Of a stretch of 64,000 bases of DNA, positions 37,350-49,032 are shown one piece after another. The notes beneath the pieces are model-generated. The model was given only the letters and a program-made list of their open reading frames with translations, was not told the origin of the DNA and searched no databases. The stretch's first letter is position 1; each line of letters opens with the position of its first letter. A program made the translations under genes and the position numbers. The stretch is from Blepharisma stoltei ATCC 30299 (Eukaryota; Protista; Ciliophora), in contig CBFDEM010000032.1 of NCBI GenBank assembly GCA_965603825.1, forward strand, positions 496,001 through 560,000, given 5' to 3'.

Positions 37350-37844
37350 ATGAGTAGTCGACGGTCAAGATCTCGATCTCGATCACGATCTCCCGAACGT
37401 CCAAACTTTACTCCGTCAGGGATTTTAGCTAGATATGAAAACGAAAACTCAGGGATTGCTATTAAATACACTGAACCATTAGATGCATCTCTTCCTAGAT
37501 ATCATTGAAGACTTTTTGTATATGAAGGAAATAATGAAAAAGATCCAATTGATTTACACATAAAAAGCAGCTATATAATTGGAAGAGATGAAAATATTGC
37601 TGATATTTTAATACCTCACATGTCTGTTTCTAAGGAGCATGCTGCAATACAGTTTAGAAAACGAAAGTCTCATATTCTTCCATATATAATAGACTTGGAA
37701 AGCAAAAACGGCACATATTTGAATGACAAGAAATTAGAAGCTGCAAGATTTTATGAAATTCAAAGCCAAGATATTTTGACTTTTGGGACCTGTGAAATGG
37801 AATATGTTGCAGTTAAAGGCGATAAGCTTAGGTATAGAGAATAA
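37350..37844 (+). CDS. SNIP1: SNIP1/Pml1/DAWDLE-like FHA protein (RES splicing complex)
   Basis: RS-repeat N-terminus, PNFTPSGILA, IKYTEPLDASLP..W(TGA)RLF, SYIIGRD, SVSKEHAAIQFR and PYIIDLESKNGTYLN. Confidence 0.85.
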
Positions 37845-37927
37845 GTGTTTAGCAATTATATGGGGCACTTGAATATTCACCCAAATTTTAATCATTAAGT
37901 TGAATTTAAAATTTATATTTATAAGAC

Positions 37928-39442
37928 TTATCTAAATGGAATCTTTCTTGGAGACTTTACTTCTCTGGTAGTTGGAATAATAGAAGTTCTTCCTGGAGTT
38001 GCAGAATTCCTTCCCTTATTAATGCTGCTAACTGTCTGCTTTAACAATCTTTTGCTTGGAGATGGACACTTGGGTTTTCCTTTATCCACATTCAATGAGG
38101 ATTTGCTACAGACACTTGCAGTCGTTTCTGTCTCCACATCATCTTGGTGTTTTGCATGATTATTCCACCCTGTGCTTGATCTCTTATGATACTTTTTCGG
38201 GCTTTGAATTGGAGTTCTTGACTGTGTATTTTTCTTCCTAGATTCTAGCAACGCTTCTAAATCTTTAAGCGTGCTATCAAACAGATTTGTAGGCTTTTGG
38301 GCACTTTTTAGCTTTTGCAGTTCATCTTTGAGTTTTTTATTTTCATTTGTCAACATTTGGAGCTGAGCATCAGAGCCCCACCCATCGTTTAAATCTTGAA
38401 TTACCCTTTGCAAGTTTTGCCTTTGTATTTCTGACTGCTCAAGCCTTTGCTTTAAAAGCCCAATTTCTTGAGAAAGCTGAAAAGCATTAGAAGACTCAGC
38501 TTTTGATTTCTGTATCTGCTGCTCAAAGTTACTGGCGTTCTTTTTTCATATTGTCAGCTCTGTTTGCAGTTTAAACATTTCCTGGTCTTTTTTCTCGATT
38601 AATTTATGCAAAGAAGCCTCTGTACAGTTGAATTTTTTGGTAGCTGCGTCATACTCTGTGCTTAATTTTTCAAACATCTGTTTAAGTTCTTCTGTTTCTT
38701 TTTTTTCTTTACTTAAATTTTCTTTATTTGATTCTAGCTCGCTTCTGCATTCAAGATATTTCGATTCAAGCTTTTTATTCTGAGCCTTGATCTTCTCAAT
38801 CTCGAAATTTAGCCCATCAATGGTGACCTTTACGTTTTGATTGACCCTCAATATTTCTTCTTGATGTCTCCAATTTTCTTCTTCCATTGCTCTTTCTAGC
38901 TCAATGATCCTAAAAGTATTTGAGCGTTCATTGTCTTCTATGTTTGGCTTTTTGTCGTATGGACTTGGACATAATTTAATTTCAGGCATAAATCCACTGT
39001 CACTTTCTGAGTGAACAATGCTATTTTGGTGCATTTCACAATCAAGTTCAGAAAGCTCAGTGACTTCTTGGACAGGAGTGAGTGCTCTTTTGGTGTTTAC
39101 TAATATCAGAATTCGTGGTGAGGTTACTTCTTCTGGGAATGATGATAAATAATCGTTACTCTGGGGCTGAAACAAAGGCAGCCATTGAAAGCCTTCTGAT
39201 GGCAAAATTGAAGTCGGCAGACTCACACTGCCTATTTCTTCTCCACTACTCATATTTTTAAGGATCAGCTGAAGTTTTCCAATGCTGTTAATCTGCACAA
39301 GATTTTCTTCATTATCAGGGCTTAGTGGAGTGATTACATCAAATAGGCGCCCATCAACAGAAATATAGCAGCCAACTTCGGATTCTTCTCGGTCTACAGG
39401 TTCTGCTCGAAGCACGGTGATTTCAAATGATTTTTCTAACAT
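37928..39442 (-). CDS. Hypothetical protein with C2-like N-terminus and coiled coil
   Basis: Two ORFs are in frame through TGA at 38546-38548. A beta-rich N-terminus ending GFQWLPLF is followed by heptad repeats. Confidence 0.7.
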
Positions 39443-40190
39443 TTAATTTATGAACAAATTTGAATTCAATTTTAGCTCAAATGGAACTAATATGGCAATA
39501 ATGACAATTATCTTCTAAATATGATTCTTAAGAAAGCGGAGAAATAATCATTATTTCTAGTAAATTAAAAAGCAAATATGCTTGTTTTCCCCATAAAAAT
39601 ATAAGTGCTCTTTTAGTGCTTTTTGCTTATATTGACGCTAAAAAATGCTTATATATGTGTAATAAATCAGATTTATGTGCCTGCTTTGTTTAATATGCCG
39701 AAATTTCAAATAAACGAAACAAAATTATGATTTCAAATAAATAATTTATTCTTTGCAAGCCTTGTTTTTTTGGAAATCGAAAAAAATTAAATAAAGAAAT
39801 ACTTATTACGACTAAATAAATTGGTATATTATTCGGTCTAAATGCCTTTGAACGCTATGATTACCTAAATCTTAAGCAAATTAATCTTCTTCTATAAAAT
39901 AAATTAGCAAAGCCAAAATAAAATAGTAAAAAATCTAATAAATCAGTTCTAAAGGTCCAATGAGCATTTATTTTTGGAAAAATATAAAATTTTGATAATT
40001 TTTTTATGGTTGTTTCCATTTTTTTAATTTCTGTTACACTGTCTTAAATTAACATAGGTGAAGGAGGAAGACTCAAAACTATTAGTTTACGTAATTTTTC
40101 CTGGGTAATTTCCAAATACCATTTCGATGTTCTATTTTTCTAATATGCATTAATAGCAGTAAATAATAGAAGTAAAATAATAATATAAAT

Positions 40191-40457
40191 ATGGGTTCAT
40201 GTATAAATCTCCAAAAGAAAAGAGCAACAGGAGCTGAATTTGGCAAGTCTCAATCATATAATGTTATGGTTGTAGCAACATCAGCATTTTTTAACTCTGA
40301 TAAACTAAAACGCCAAAACTCATCCAAAATCAAAGATCTTCGAAGAAAGATATGAATAAAAAAGGCTGAAAACGTGCCTAAATTGAATCTGTCCAAAAGT
40401 GATCTATACATAAGAAGGTTCAAAAACAATAGTAAAATCAGTTCATTATCAATATAA
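40191..40457 (+). CDS. Small basic protein with predicted acylated N-terminus (MGSC, 88 aa; absent from the ORF track)
   Basis: ATG at 40191 to TAA at 40455-40457 with one TGA: MGSCINLQKKRATGAEF...RRKI-W-IKKAENVPKLNLSKSDLYIRRFKNNSKISSLSI. It lies alone in about 1.7 kb of otherwise noncoding DNA. Confidence 0.6.
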
Positions 40458-41120
40458 TTCTTGTTCTGTCAAAAAAGTCAAGTAATCTTGGTCCTATAGA
40501 GAGGTAAATTGCTAATATAATGCATTTAATTATTTGAATGTTAAACTTAGTGTTTTTAATTGCTAATAGTGTGTTACATTTAAATTTCTTTTCCATATTG
40601 AGTCCAATAATATCAAAAAAAGCTTTAATTTTATTCTCTTTTATATAGCTACTGGAGAAAAGAAGAAATATGGCAACTAAAAAATAATTCTTGATATTTT
40701 GGGTATTTCTTGAATTATATTTTTTTAAGTTATAAATCGTATAGTTATTTTTATTATTAATTTTTAGAATAAATATGAAGAAAATTTGCCCAAAAAGTTT
40801 TTATATTCAGATCAATCATTTATTCTGCAAGCCAGAAAAAAAAATATTCCAAATTGTTCAGCAATTATTTAAAAATGGAACTCAGAATAAAAAATTCAAA
40901 TTTATCAATAACTTTTTAAAAATGGAAGCCAACTTAGGGTTTCTCAAGGCAATTCCATATATAATATTTCATTGAATTTATTTTTAGTTTTTATTAACAC
41001 AATGAATAGGAATACAAAAACTTACCCAAAGGAATGCTCGATAATATAAACATTTAAATTAAGAATCATTGGATTTTATATCTTAATAAATGTTTTATTC
41101 TTAAAATTTTAACTATTTCA

Positions 41121-43202
41121 CTATTCTTCACTAAGAGATAGCTTTTGCAAAACAGCAACCTTATCTTTTTCTTCTTTATTATCCTGATTTGGTGCAGGTT
41201 CCTATATAAAATTTACAGTTGAAAACAAAGAAATGCACTCAGAAAATGTTATTTGCTGGTTATTATAAGGATCAACTATGTGCAGCAGTCTCAAAGTGTC
41301 TTCTTCACTAAATCCCATTTCAGTAAAGGCAAGCAGCTCCCTAAATTCCATTTCATTTACAACTCCATTATTATCTGAATCTACCTTTCTAAACAGCTGA
41401 ATAAACTTCGATAAAAACTTTTCATGCCCCTTAAGTTGGAAGTCTAATAAGATTTTCAGTAGATCTGTATAAGCAATTTTCCCGTTATTTGCCTTTTCTT
41501 TTTCTTTAGCGCTCAAAAGTTCTTCACGAGTTAGCTTATTTTTATTTTGTGACTGTTCTGTTGGGTAATTTTTAAGCTGGATCACCTCACCTATTAAGGA
41601 AACTAACAAATCAGCATCAGTTTCATTATACATGTATTTCACTATATCAGTCCACTCCTCTTCAGATAAAAATCCGTTGAATTTTTCTTGAAGCATCTCT
41701 TGAATGTCACCATTGGTTTTAAGTGGATATTTCCCTTTTAGATGGACTCTTACAAGCTCTGCTACGGTTTCTTTGACTTGGCTTTGGACGAATCTAAATT
41801 CTTCATCACATTCATTTCTCAGTATTTTTCCGAAAACAGCTACATCGTTATCTTCAGATGAAAAACGCTTGATCCCTGAAATAATTGCTGAAGCCCATTC
41901 TATAATTAAACTCTTTAGCCCATATTTTTGATTTAAAAATGTGTACATGTGCTGCTCCATGGTTTCTCTTGGCTGCTTTGTATCAAGGCATTTTTGGTCA
42001 AACTTAGCTTTGGAAGCATAAATTTCTAGGATGGTATCTTTTAATTGTCTTAAAGTAAGAATTCTTGACCCGCCAAGCGAAACTTGTCTATAGCTTGTAT
42101 TTCCTCTTGAGCTTCTCAAATCTTCATTCCCAGGGCTAATTGTCCTCCCAGTAAGTGCAGATTCTGCATTTGTCTTTGAATGCTTTATAATAATATCCAA
42201 ATACCTTTTATTTTCATTTTGCAGTGTTTCTAGCTCCTGCCTCATTTCTTCTTTTTCCTCATCCAGCATTCTTTTTAGTCTTTCTTTTTCCATTTTATGT
42301 GTTTCTGCTTCTTTTTCTATTTGTTCAGCAGCTTCCAAAACTTCTGCAGTTTCTTTCATAGCTTTTTCCATATCACTTTTCATGGCCTTGATTTTCTCTT
42401 GATATTTCATATGGACTGAAAACAATGATGACAGTGAATCTCCAAACAAAGAAGAAAGGGCTTGATTAACATTTTTTAATAAAGCTCCTGCCTTTTTGTT
42501 CTGCTTAATAATCAGCTGTGTTATTTTTTCCTGGCAAATTAAATAGAGCCCATGTTTAGCTTTCAGCATATACCCATGGATGAGGTTATTTGATTCGCCT
42601 TGCTTTAACATCTGCGAAAGTTCTCCCATGATGTCTTTGACATGGCTATCAAAGTCTTCAGCAAGCTTTTTATCATAAGAAGGGTCAGCGTCCCTTCATA
42701 GATTTCTGATTTCGTCATACATGATGGCGACTTTTTCTAAATCCTCTTGTTTTAAGTTCAAGTCCTCAGAGCCGAAATCAATTGTTTCGCTCATCTCGAC
42801 TTGGATTGCTGGCTGGCCTTCTTTTTCTTCTTTTTCAGTCTCAATTTCAGCGCCGTTGAGTCTTTGCAGGTTGGGGAGAGAATCAAGAATGAGCTGTTCT
42901 TCGTCGTCATGCTGCAGAGTAATGTGAAGATCCACTAAGGATGGGAGCGATTTTAATGAAGGAATGATTTTGTCTATTGATTCTATAAGGTTGTTTGAGA
43001 TGTCGAGTTTTTCTAATTTCCTTAACTGTGATAGATTTCTTGGAAGACTCTCAAGCCTATTTCCAAAAAGCAAGAGTTCTTGGAGCTCTGTGAATTGGGC
43101 TAGTAAAGGCAGTAAAGGGTCAAGAGCTTCAATTTCGCAAAATTCCAAGTTGATAGAATTGGTTTTGGGGTTTGTTTTTAATAAGTTGGGAAGGCCTTCC
43201 AT
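41121..43202 (-). CDS. LRR + coiled-coil + EF-hand protein (C-terminal half TSNAXIP1-like)
   Basis: N-terminal LRRs; TGA at 42696 joins the ORFs; EF-hands DSDNNGVVNEMEF and DPYNNQQITFSEC. A 15-nt intron at 41202-41216 adds a last exon ending TAG at 41121-41123. The TSNAXIP1 similarity is tentative. Confidence 0.75.
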
Positions 43203-43271
43203 TTAATTTAAGAATATGAATCTCCATGAATGAAGCAATTTTTAGAGATGGCTAAGATTAATTGATATTAG

Positions 43272-44240
43272 CTATTTAGAGTCCCTTGCGACGAGAAATA
43301 GAAGAAAAACCAATGCAACCCCAGTGTTCCAGTATCTGTTGACAAATATTTCTTTATTGATTGATTTCTCTTCATGAAGTTTTTTCTGGCTACTTTGATA
43401 CTTTAAAGCATACCAAAACGTTTCAGGTCGCTTTGAAACATTAAAATAAATTTTTGGAGGAAAATATTCTTCTTGGCAATCTTGAGGTGGCTGGGCAAAG
43501 CAACTGTAAACAGAGTTATTTATTTCTCCTCCTTTCATTGAGATGACTCTATCCATCCTTTTCAAAAACCCAATCAAGTTTTCATATTTGGCTAATGAGT
43601 CCTTCACATTAACATTATTTCCAATATTATTCAGTTCTTCCATCAAATAAGCATAAACTACAATATCAGTGCTTCTTGGGAAATCTTTTCTCCCAGCTTT
43701 GCTGAAAAAGAAAGGTTTCTCCCCCAATTTTTGGCTTAAAATTTCATGAGCTTTTTCTGCTTGATAATAAGCGTCTCTTTTATTCACAATATTGTGCTGC
43801 CTTACGAGATATTCTCTAATATGCCTTTTTTCTTTTATGAAGCTTAATTTTTCAAAAGGCAGCTTCAGCAATCTTCAAAAGAAATTTCCTCTAGAATAGA
43901 AAAAGTTTTTGGATGTGTCTTCTTCCATCCATTTGGCATAGGTAGTTGCAGGGTGTAATTTGCTTATGCATTGCTCCTCAATCAGATCAGATTCAAGCTT
44001 TTCTTCTTCTGAAAAATCAAAATTACTATCAAATGTAATTTTGAGGAATGGAAGAATGTGGTCATTTGTGAAAAATGATTTATTAAATCTTAAAACTGGG
44101 AGATCGCCAAGGCCATTCCAGTAGTAATTTGAATTGATTTCTTGGAAGTTTTCGATTTCGTAGAGATCATGCCATAATTTGGTAATTTGGGTAATTGGAT
44201 CGTAAATGTTTCCGTAAGAATATAGCACTATTTCTTCCAT
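43272..44240 (-). CDS. Metaxin-like (GST-fold, C-terminal TM) mitochondrial outer-membrane protein
   Basis: GDLPVL, LSQKLGEKPFFF...STDIVVYAYL and a C-terminal hydrophobic anchor. The ORFs join via TGA at 43875-43877. Confidence 0.68.
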
Positions 44241-44695
44241 TTATTTAATACTGAAAAGATTCAAGGCCACAAAGAATTTATTTGTAGTTGCTTTAATTTT
44301 AAATGAAAACATAATCATCCTCTTATTCTTTATTCTAATACTCTGTTTAAAATTAAAATCTAAGGCCATCAGCTTTATGAGAATTGATTTTGATACGTAA
44401 TTTAACTTCATGGTAAAGATTGGCTTGATTTCAATTATAAAATATATCCTGAGAAAAAATCGAGGTTTTTATTTTGATTTCGGAGTAAATCTTGTCTGAT
44501 ATGATTTATTATAAATCGGAGCGGAGATAGCACATGCTTTTATATATTTAAAGTAATGATTATTTCTAAAAGGCAATAAAGCTAAATTTCCCAAATAAAT
44601 GATGACATCTCGTCTCATTAATTTCAAAAAATTCATAAATCATTTTTTATACCACAAAATGGTATAAAAATTCAGGTAATTTTTCAGTTATTAAA

Positions 44696-46210
44696 ATGGG
44701 CTGTTGCTGCTTAAAAAATCAAAAGACACTACCAACACACAAACTAGATGAAAACACGAAAAACACTTCAATGATTCCTTTAAAATCTTCCACAAACCCG
44801 ACCTCTCCTATAGCTTTAGACTTGCAAAATACAATAAAAGAATCCAAAAAACGAGAACTCACAGATGTTTACAATATAAAAAAAGTAATAGGTCAAGGAA
44901 GCTTTGGATTTGTTAGAAAAGGTCAGCATAAAAATCATCCAGATTTAATCGTTGCAATCAAAAGTATTGATAAATCCAAAATAAAAAACGAGTTGCGTTT
45001 ATTAAAGCGAGAAGTGACAATTTTGCAAAGCATTGATCATCCTAATATCATAAAACTTTATGAAACATTTGATGATGCAAAATATTTTCACATTGTTATG
45101 GAATTTTGTTCAGGAGGAGAGTTATTTGAAAAAATAATTGAGCTTGGAGGAAAAATCAATGAGAAAAAGACTGCAGTATACATGAAAAAGATACTAAGAG
45201 CAGTTAATCATCTTCATGAAGTAGGGGTGTGCCATAGAGACCTTAAACCTGAAAATTTTGTATTTGAAAATGACTCCCCTGATGCAGAACTCAAAATCAT
45301 TGACTTTGGATTATCAAATAAATTCGGAAGCAAGTTTAAACATATTGTAAAGATGGAAAGCTTTGTAGGCACTCCTTACTATATAGCTCCAGAAGTTATA
45401 AAAGGGGATTATGGTCCAAAATGTGACATTTGAAGTGTAGGAGTTATAATGTATGTAATGCTCACAGGGCATGTTCCTTTTCCTGGTGATACCCAAGTAA
45501 AAATATTTAAGAATATAATGAAAGCCAAGCTCAAATTGGAAAATCCGATCTGGGATACCATAAGCGACGCAGCAAAAGATTTATTAAAGAGACTGCTTGT
45601 GGCAAATCCTCATCAAAGATTAAGTGCGGCTGAAGCCTTAAATCATCATTGGTTTAATGATCCATCAAAGCAAAAATTAGCATTAGATCCAAATATAATT
45701 TTGGCTTTGAGAAGTTATAAGCCGAAATCACAGATGCAAAGGGCAGCACTTGGTATTATCGTAAAATATTTATCTGTCGATCAAATTAAAGATTTAAGAC
45801 AAGCATTCTATGATATTGATGTGAACCAAAAAGGAGAGCTAAACATACATGAAATTGATGAAGCTTTAAACAAATGTGGGATAAATTTACCGAAGACTCA
45901 GCTATCTGAACTTTTTAGGAATCTTGATTATAATGGAGCTGGGGTGATAAATTACTCAGAATTTTTATCTGCTACACTATCATCTAAAATTCAACTTGAT
46001 GAGCATATGCTATGGATGGCTTTTAAAGTATTTGACAAAGAAGATCAAGGATTTATCACTGTTGATAATATACATGAAATCATGAACAAGATGGGTAAGC
46101 ACGTCACTAAAGATCAAGTCAGGGAAATTCTTAATGAGGTTGATTTGCAGCACGATGGAGTCATCTGCTTTGATGAATTCAAAAAAATGCTGTCTGGTGC
46201 AAAGATTTAA
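44696..46210 (+). CDS. Calcium-dependent protein kinase (kinase + 4 EF-hands, MGCCC N-terminus)
   Basis: GQGSFG, VAIK, HRDLKPEN, DFG, APE and KCDI-W(TGA 45431-45433)-SVGVI, followed by a calmodulin-like domain. Confidence 0.95.
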
Positions 46211-46773
46211 ATTTTGTTGTATATATACGTTACAGAAATATAGCATAAAGGCCATAAAACTCTTAAATTGGAAGCTTAATGTAAGAATATGCTATTTTTT
46301 AAATCAATTCATATATAAATTAATCCATACAGCTATCTGAATTTATTTTTCCCATAGAAAATATAGCATTATGTGCGAAAATATGAAGATACATACAAGA
46401 AGAAATAAAGATCAAACCTAAGTGAGACTGTAAATAAATTTCTCTCATCGATTCAAAAGAATAAACAAAAAGGTGATTCGTTAGCCTCTTGCTATAATTT
46501 TTGGTGGCACAGCTACAATTTTCGAAAAAAGCAAGACACTTTAAATTCTTTTATCTTCTAATAATTTTCATAAATAATATAAAATTTCAACACATTAAAG
46601 AAGATTAAAATTAATTTAAGATATCAATTCTTTTATTAAATAAATAAATAATCACTTATAATTTTCCTTTGCCCTGTGTAGCATTTCATTAATTTACCTT
46701 GTTGATTCCATAATAATTATTTGATTTATTTCAAATTCCATATTATTTTAATTCAAGAAAGTTCAATTACAAA

Positions 46774-47241
46774 ATGAAAATTACAAAAATCTTGAATTCA
46801 ATTGGAAAGGCTTTTTCGCTCTTCATAGGGCTTAGGGTCCATAAATTTTCCAAACAAGTTCAAATTATTAGAGAAAAATACGAATCAGTATTAAAACAAT
46901 GTAATTTTGCTGTAAGTCATTCTAATCAAGCATACAAGCCTCGTGAAAAAACTATTCTTAGGAGACTTAGATTATTAACTGCTTCAAAAAATATTGATGA
47001 CTTTAGAGCTATTTTGCATGAAACTGCTCATGGCCCTCAAGAAACGAAGCATAACAATATTACATATAGAAAAGCTCACAGAATTAGCATCCGAACTTAT
47101 TTAGAAGCTGTTCATTCTATTATATCTGAAATTTATTCAGAATTTTCTTACAAGGAATTTGATATCAATACAACTCACTCGTCTATTATCCCTTCTGAAG
47201 ACGAATCTGATCAAAGCCAATATTATATTTTATCCAATTAA
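46774..47241 (+). CDS. Hypothetical protein (155 aa)
   Basis: Clean ATG-TAA ORF that abuts the convergent PP2C gene. No motif recognised. Confidence 0.55.
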   Translation: MKITKILNSIGKAFSLFIGLRVHKFSKQVQIIREKYESVLKQCNFAVSHSNQAYKPREKTILRRLRLLTASKNIDDFRAILHETAHGPQETKHNNITYRKAHRISIRTYLEAVHSIISEIYSEFSYKEFDINTTHSSIIPSEDESDQSQYYILSN

Positions 47242-47264
47242 TAAAAAAAATTATATCAACAATT

Positions 47265-48500
47265 TTATTTTCCATCTTCCTTATTAAAAGAAGCATCTCT
47301 GCTAGATCCATTTCTACTTAAATATAACGCAGATAATATTCCGCTTTCAATATCATCAACAACTTTTTGATCTTCTAGGTCTTTATCAGGCAGAGTCTTT
47401 ATTAGACTTTCTTGATCATTCTCAATTTCTATAACCAAGCATGAGATATCATCAATCATCACGTTTTCTTTTTTCGAAATTTCTATTCATCTTTTTCTTG
47501 CTTCTTCACAAAGAAGTCTAGAAATAGTTGCGTTGAGAGGAGTTATAGGGAATTCAGCTTTTAAACCTTTCCGATTTGATTGAGAGGAAAATTTTTCGAG
47601 ATATGAAACTACTTCTTCATTGGTCATAACATCTCAGATTCCGTCGGAAGCTAAAACAATAAATTTATCGTTTATGTGGCGTGAGAATGATTGGATTATT
47701 GGTGTTGAAATGACACCTACAGAAGCTGCCAATTTATCGCCGATTGATCTTGACATTGCTAAGCCTGGTAATGTTAAGCCTTTTATTCAAACTCGATAAG
47801 GACCAAGATTTTGACCATTATTATATATCATTCTTTGTACACAGCCGCCTGATTCTGTAATTCTTTTTAATTCTAAATCATTATTCGGCTTTTGATCAAC
47901 AGTTAAAGGAAGTGCTTGAAGCTTCTTTTTTGGTTTTGGAGAAGTCCCAATTATTGCTCTAGAATCCCCAACACTTGATACATGAATAGAATTTAAGCTT
48001 AAATACACAACAACAGCCGTTGTCCCAGAAAGGTTGGTATCAATTTTTGACGATTTGAGATCTTTATCGCATTTTACAATAATTTTCTCTACATATTTTT
48101 TTGGGTTTTGATGGATTTTTTCGAGTTTTAATTTGCAATAGGCTTCGATGTGCCTTTTGCAATGCTCTGCAACTCTTTTTCCATGCTTTCCATGGCCATC
48201 TAAAAGTACGGAAATAATGGAATTTGGGCTTGTAATGCAAAGAAAGTTGTCTTGGCATTCTTTGTTGTAGCATAGAGATGGATCCATTCCTGGTAAAACG
48301 CATCCAGTTATGAAGATTTCTTGGTTTTCAAAGCTGCAAAACTTAGAATATTCATGAACAGGAATCGATAACGGGCATGAAATTCTTTTTTTGTGTGTTT
48401 TTCTTGTAATGCTATCATGAAAAGGAATAATTACATCTATATTACTATGATAAATAGGCCTGCTGAACCGAAGTTCTGTATTGCTGCAACAAAGTCCCAT
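47265..48500 (-). CDS. Protein phosphatase 2C (PPM family), MGLCC N-terminus
   Basis: ECQD, DGHG, SGTTA, VGDSRA, GLAMSRSIGD, LASDGI-W(TGA)-DV and DDIS motifs in one frame with three TGA=Trp. Confidence 0.93.
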
Positions 48501-48783
48501 ATTGTTCAATTAAAATTGCAAAAAATCATTTTATTGCGTATTTTATCCTTCCAATCAATTGTTTATCAGAAAAAAGATATTTATTAGCAGACCAAGAGAA
48601 ACGAATCTTTATTGGTAAACATTTTTGTGAATTTAGGTTTAGCTTATTATTTAAATTGATAAATAGTTAAACAATCAAATAGAAGCCTTTATGAATCACA
48701 AATATATATGAAGTCTCTGCGATTTCTTATTAGTTTTATGCTAAAAATTTTGAAACTCTTGAAAACCTATATGCAATAAAAAG

Positions 48784-48856
48784 AGCCCCCAACCGGGTTT
48801 GAACCGGTGGCCTTTTGCTTACAAAGCAAATGCTCTGCCGACTGAGCTATAGAGGC
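48784..48856 (-). tRNA. tRNA-Thr (anticodon UGU)
   Basis: The reverse complement GCCTCTATAGCTCAGTCGGCAGAGCATTTGCTTTGTAAGCAAAAGGCCACCGGTTCAAACCCGGTTGGGGGCT folds as a 73-nt cloverleaf. Anticodon stem TTTGC/GCAAA with loop TT-TGT-AA; T-loop TTCAAAC. Confidence 0.95.
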
Positions 48857-49032
48857 TTGGAATAACTTCCAATAATCAGTATTTATATCTTAAAATTGAT
48901 TAAATTCTAAAATAATTTTTTCTTTTGATCATCAAACTTTCATAACAAAATTTATCAAAATACATTTAGTCACTTTAAAAGCAAAATCTAATGTGCATTG
49001 AAGTTCATAATAGACTGGAAATATGGAAAATA

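Noticed and set aside
40775-40975. 66-aa ORF in the ORF track
   Set aside because: Ends at TGA (not a stop in this code), has intergenic-like AT content and shows no motif.
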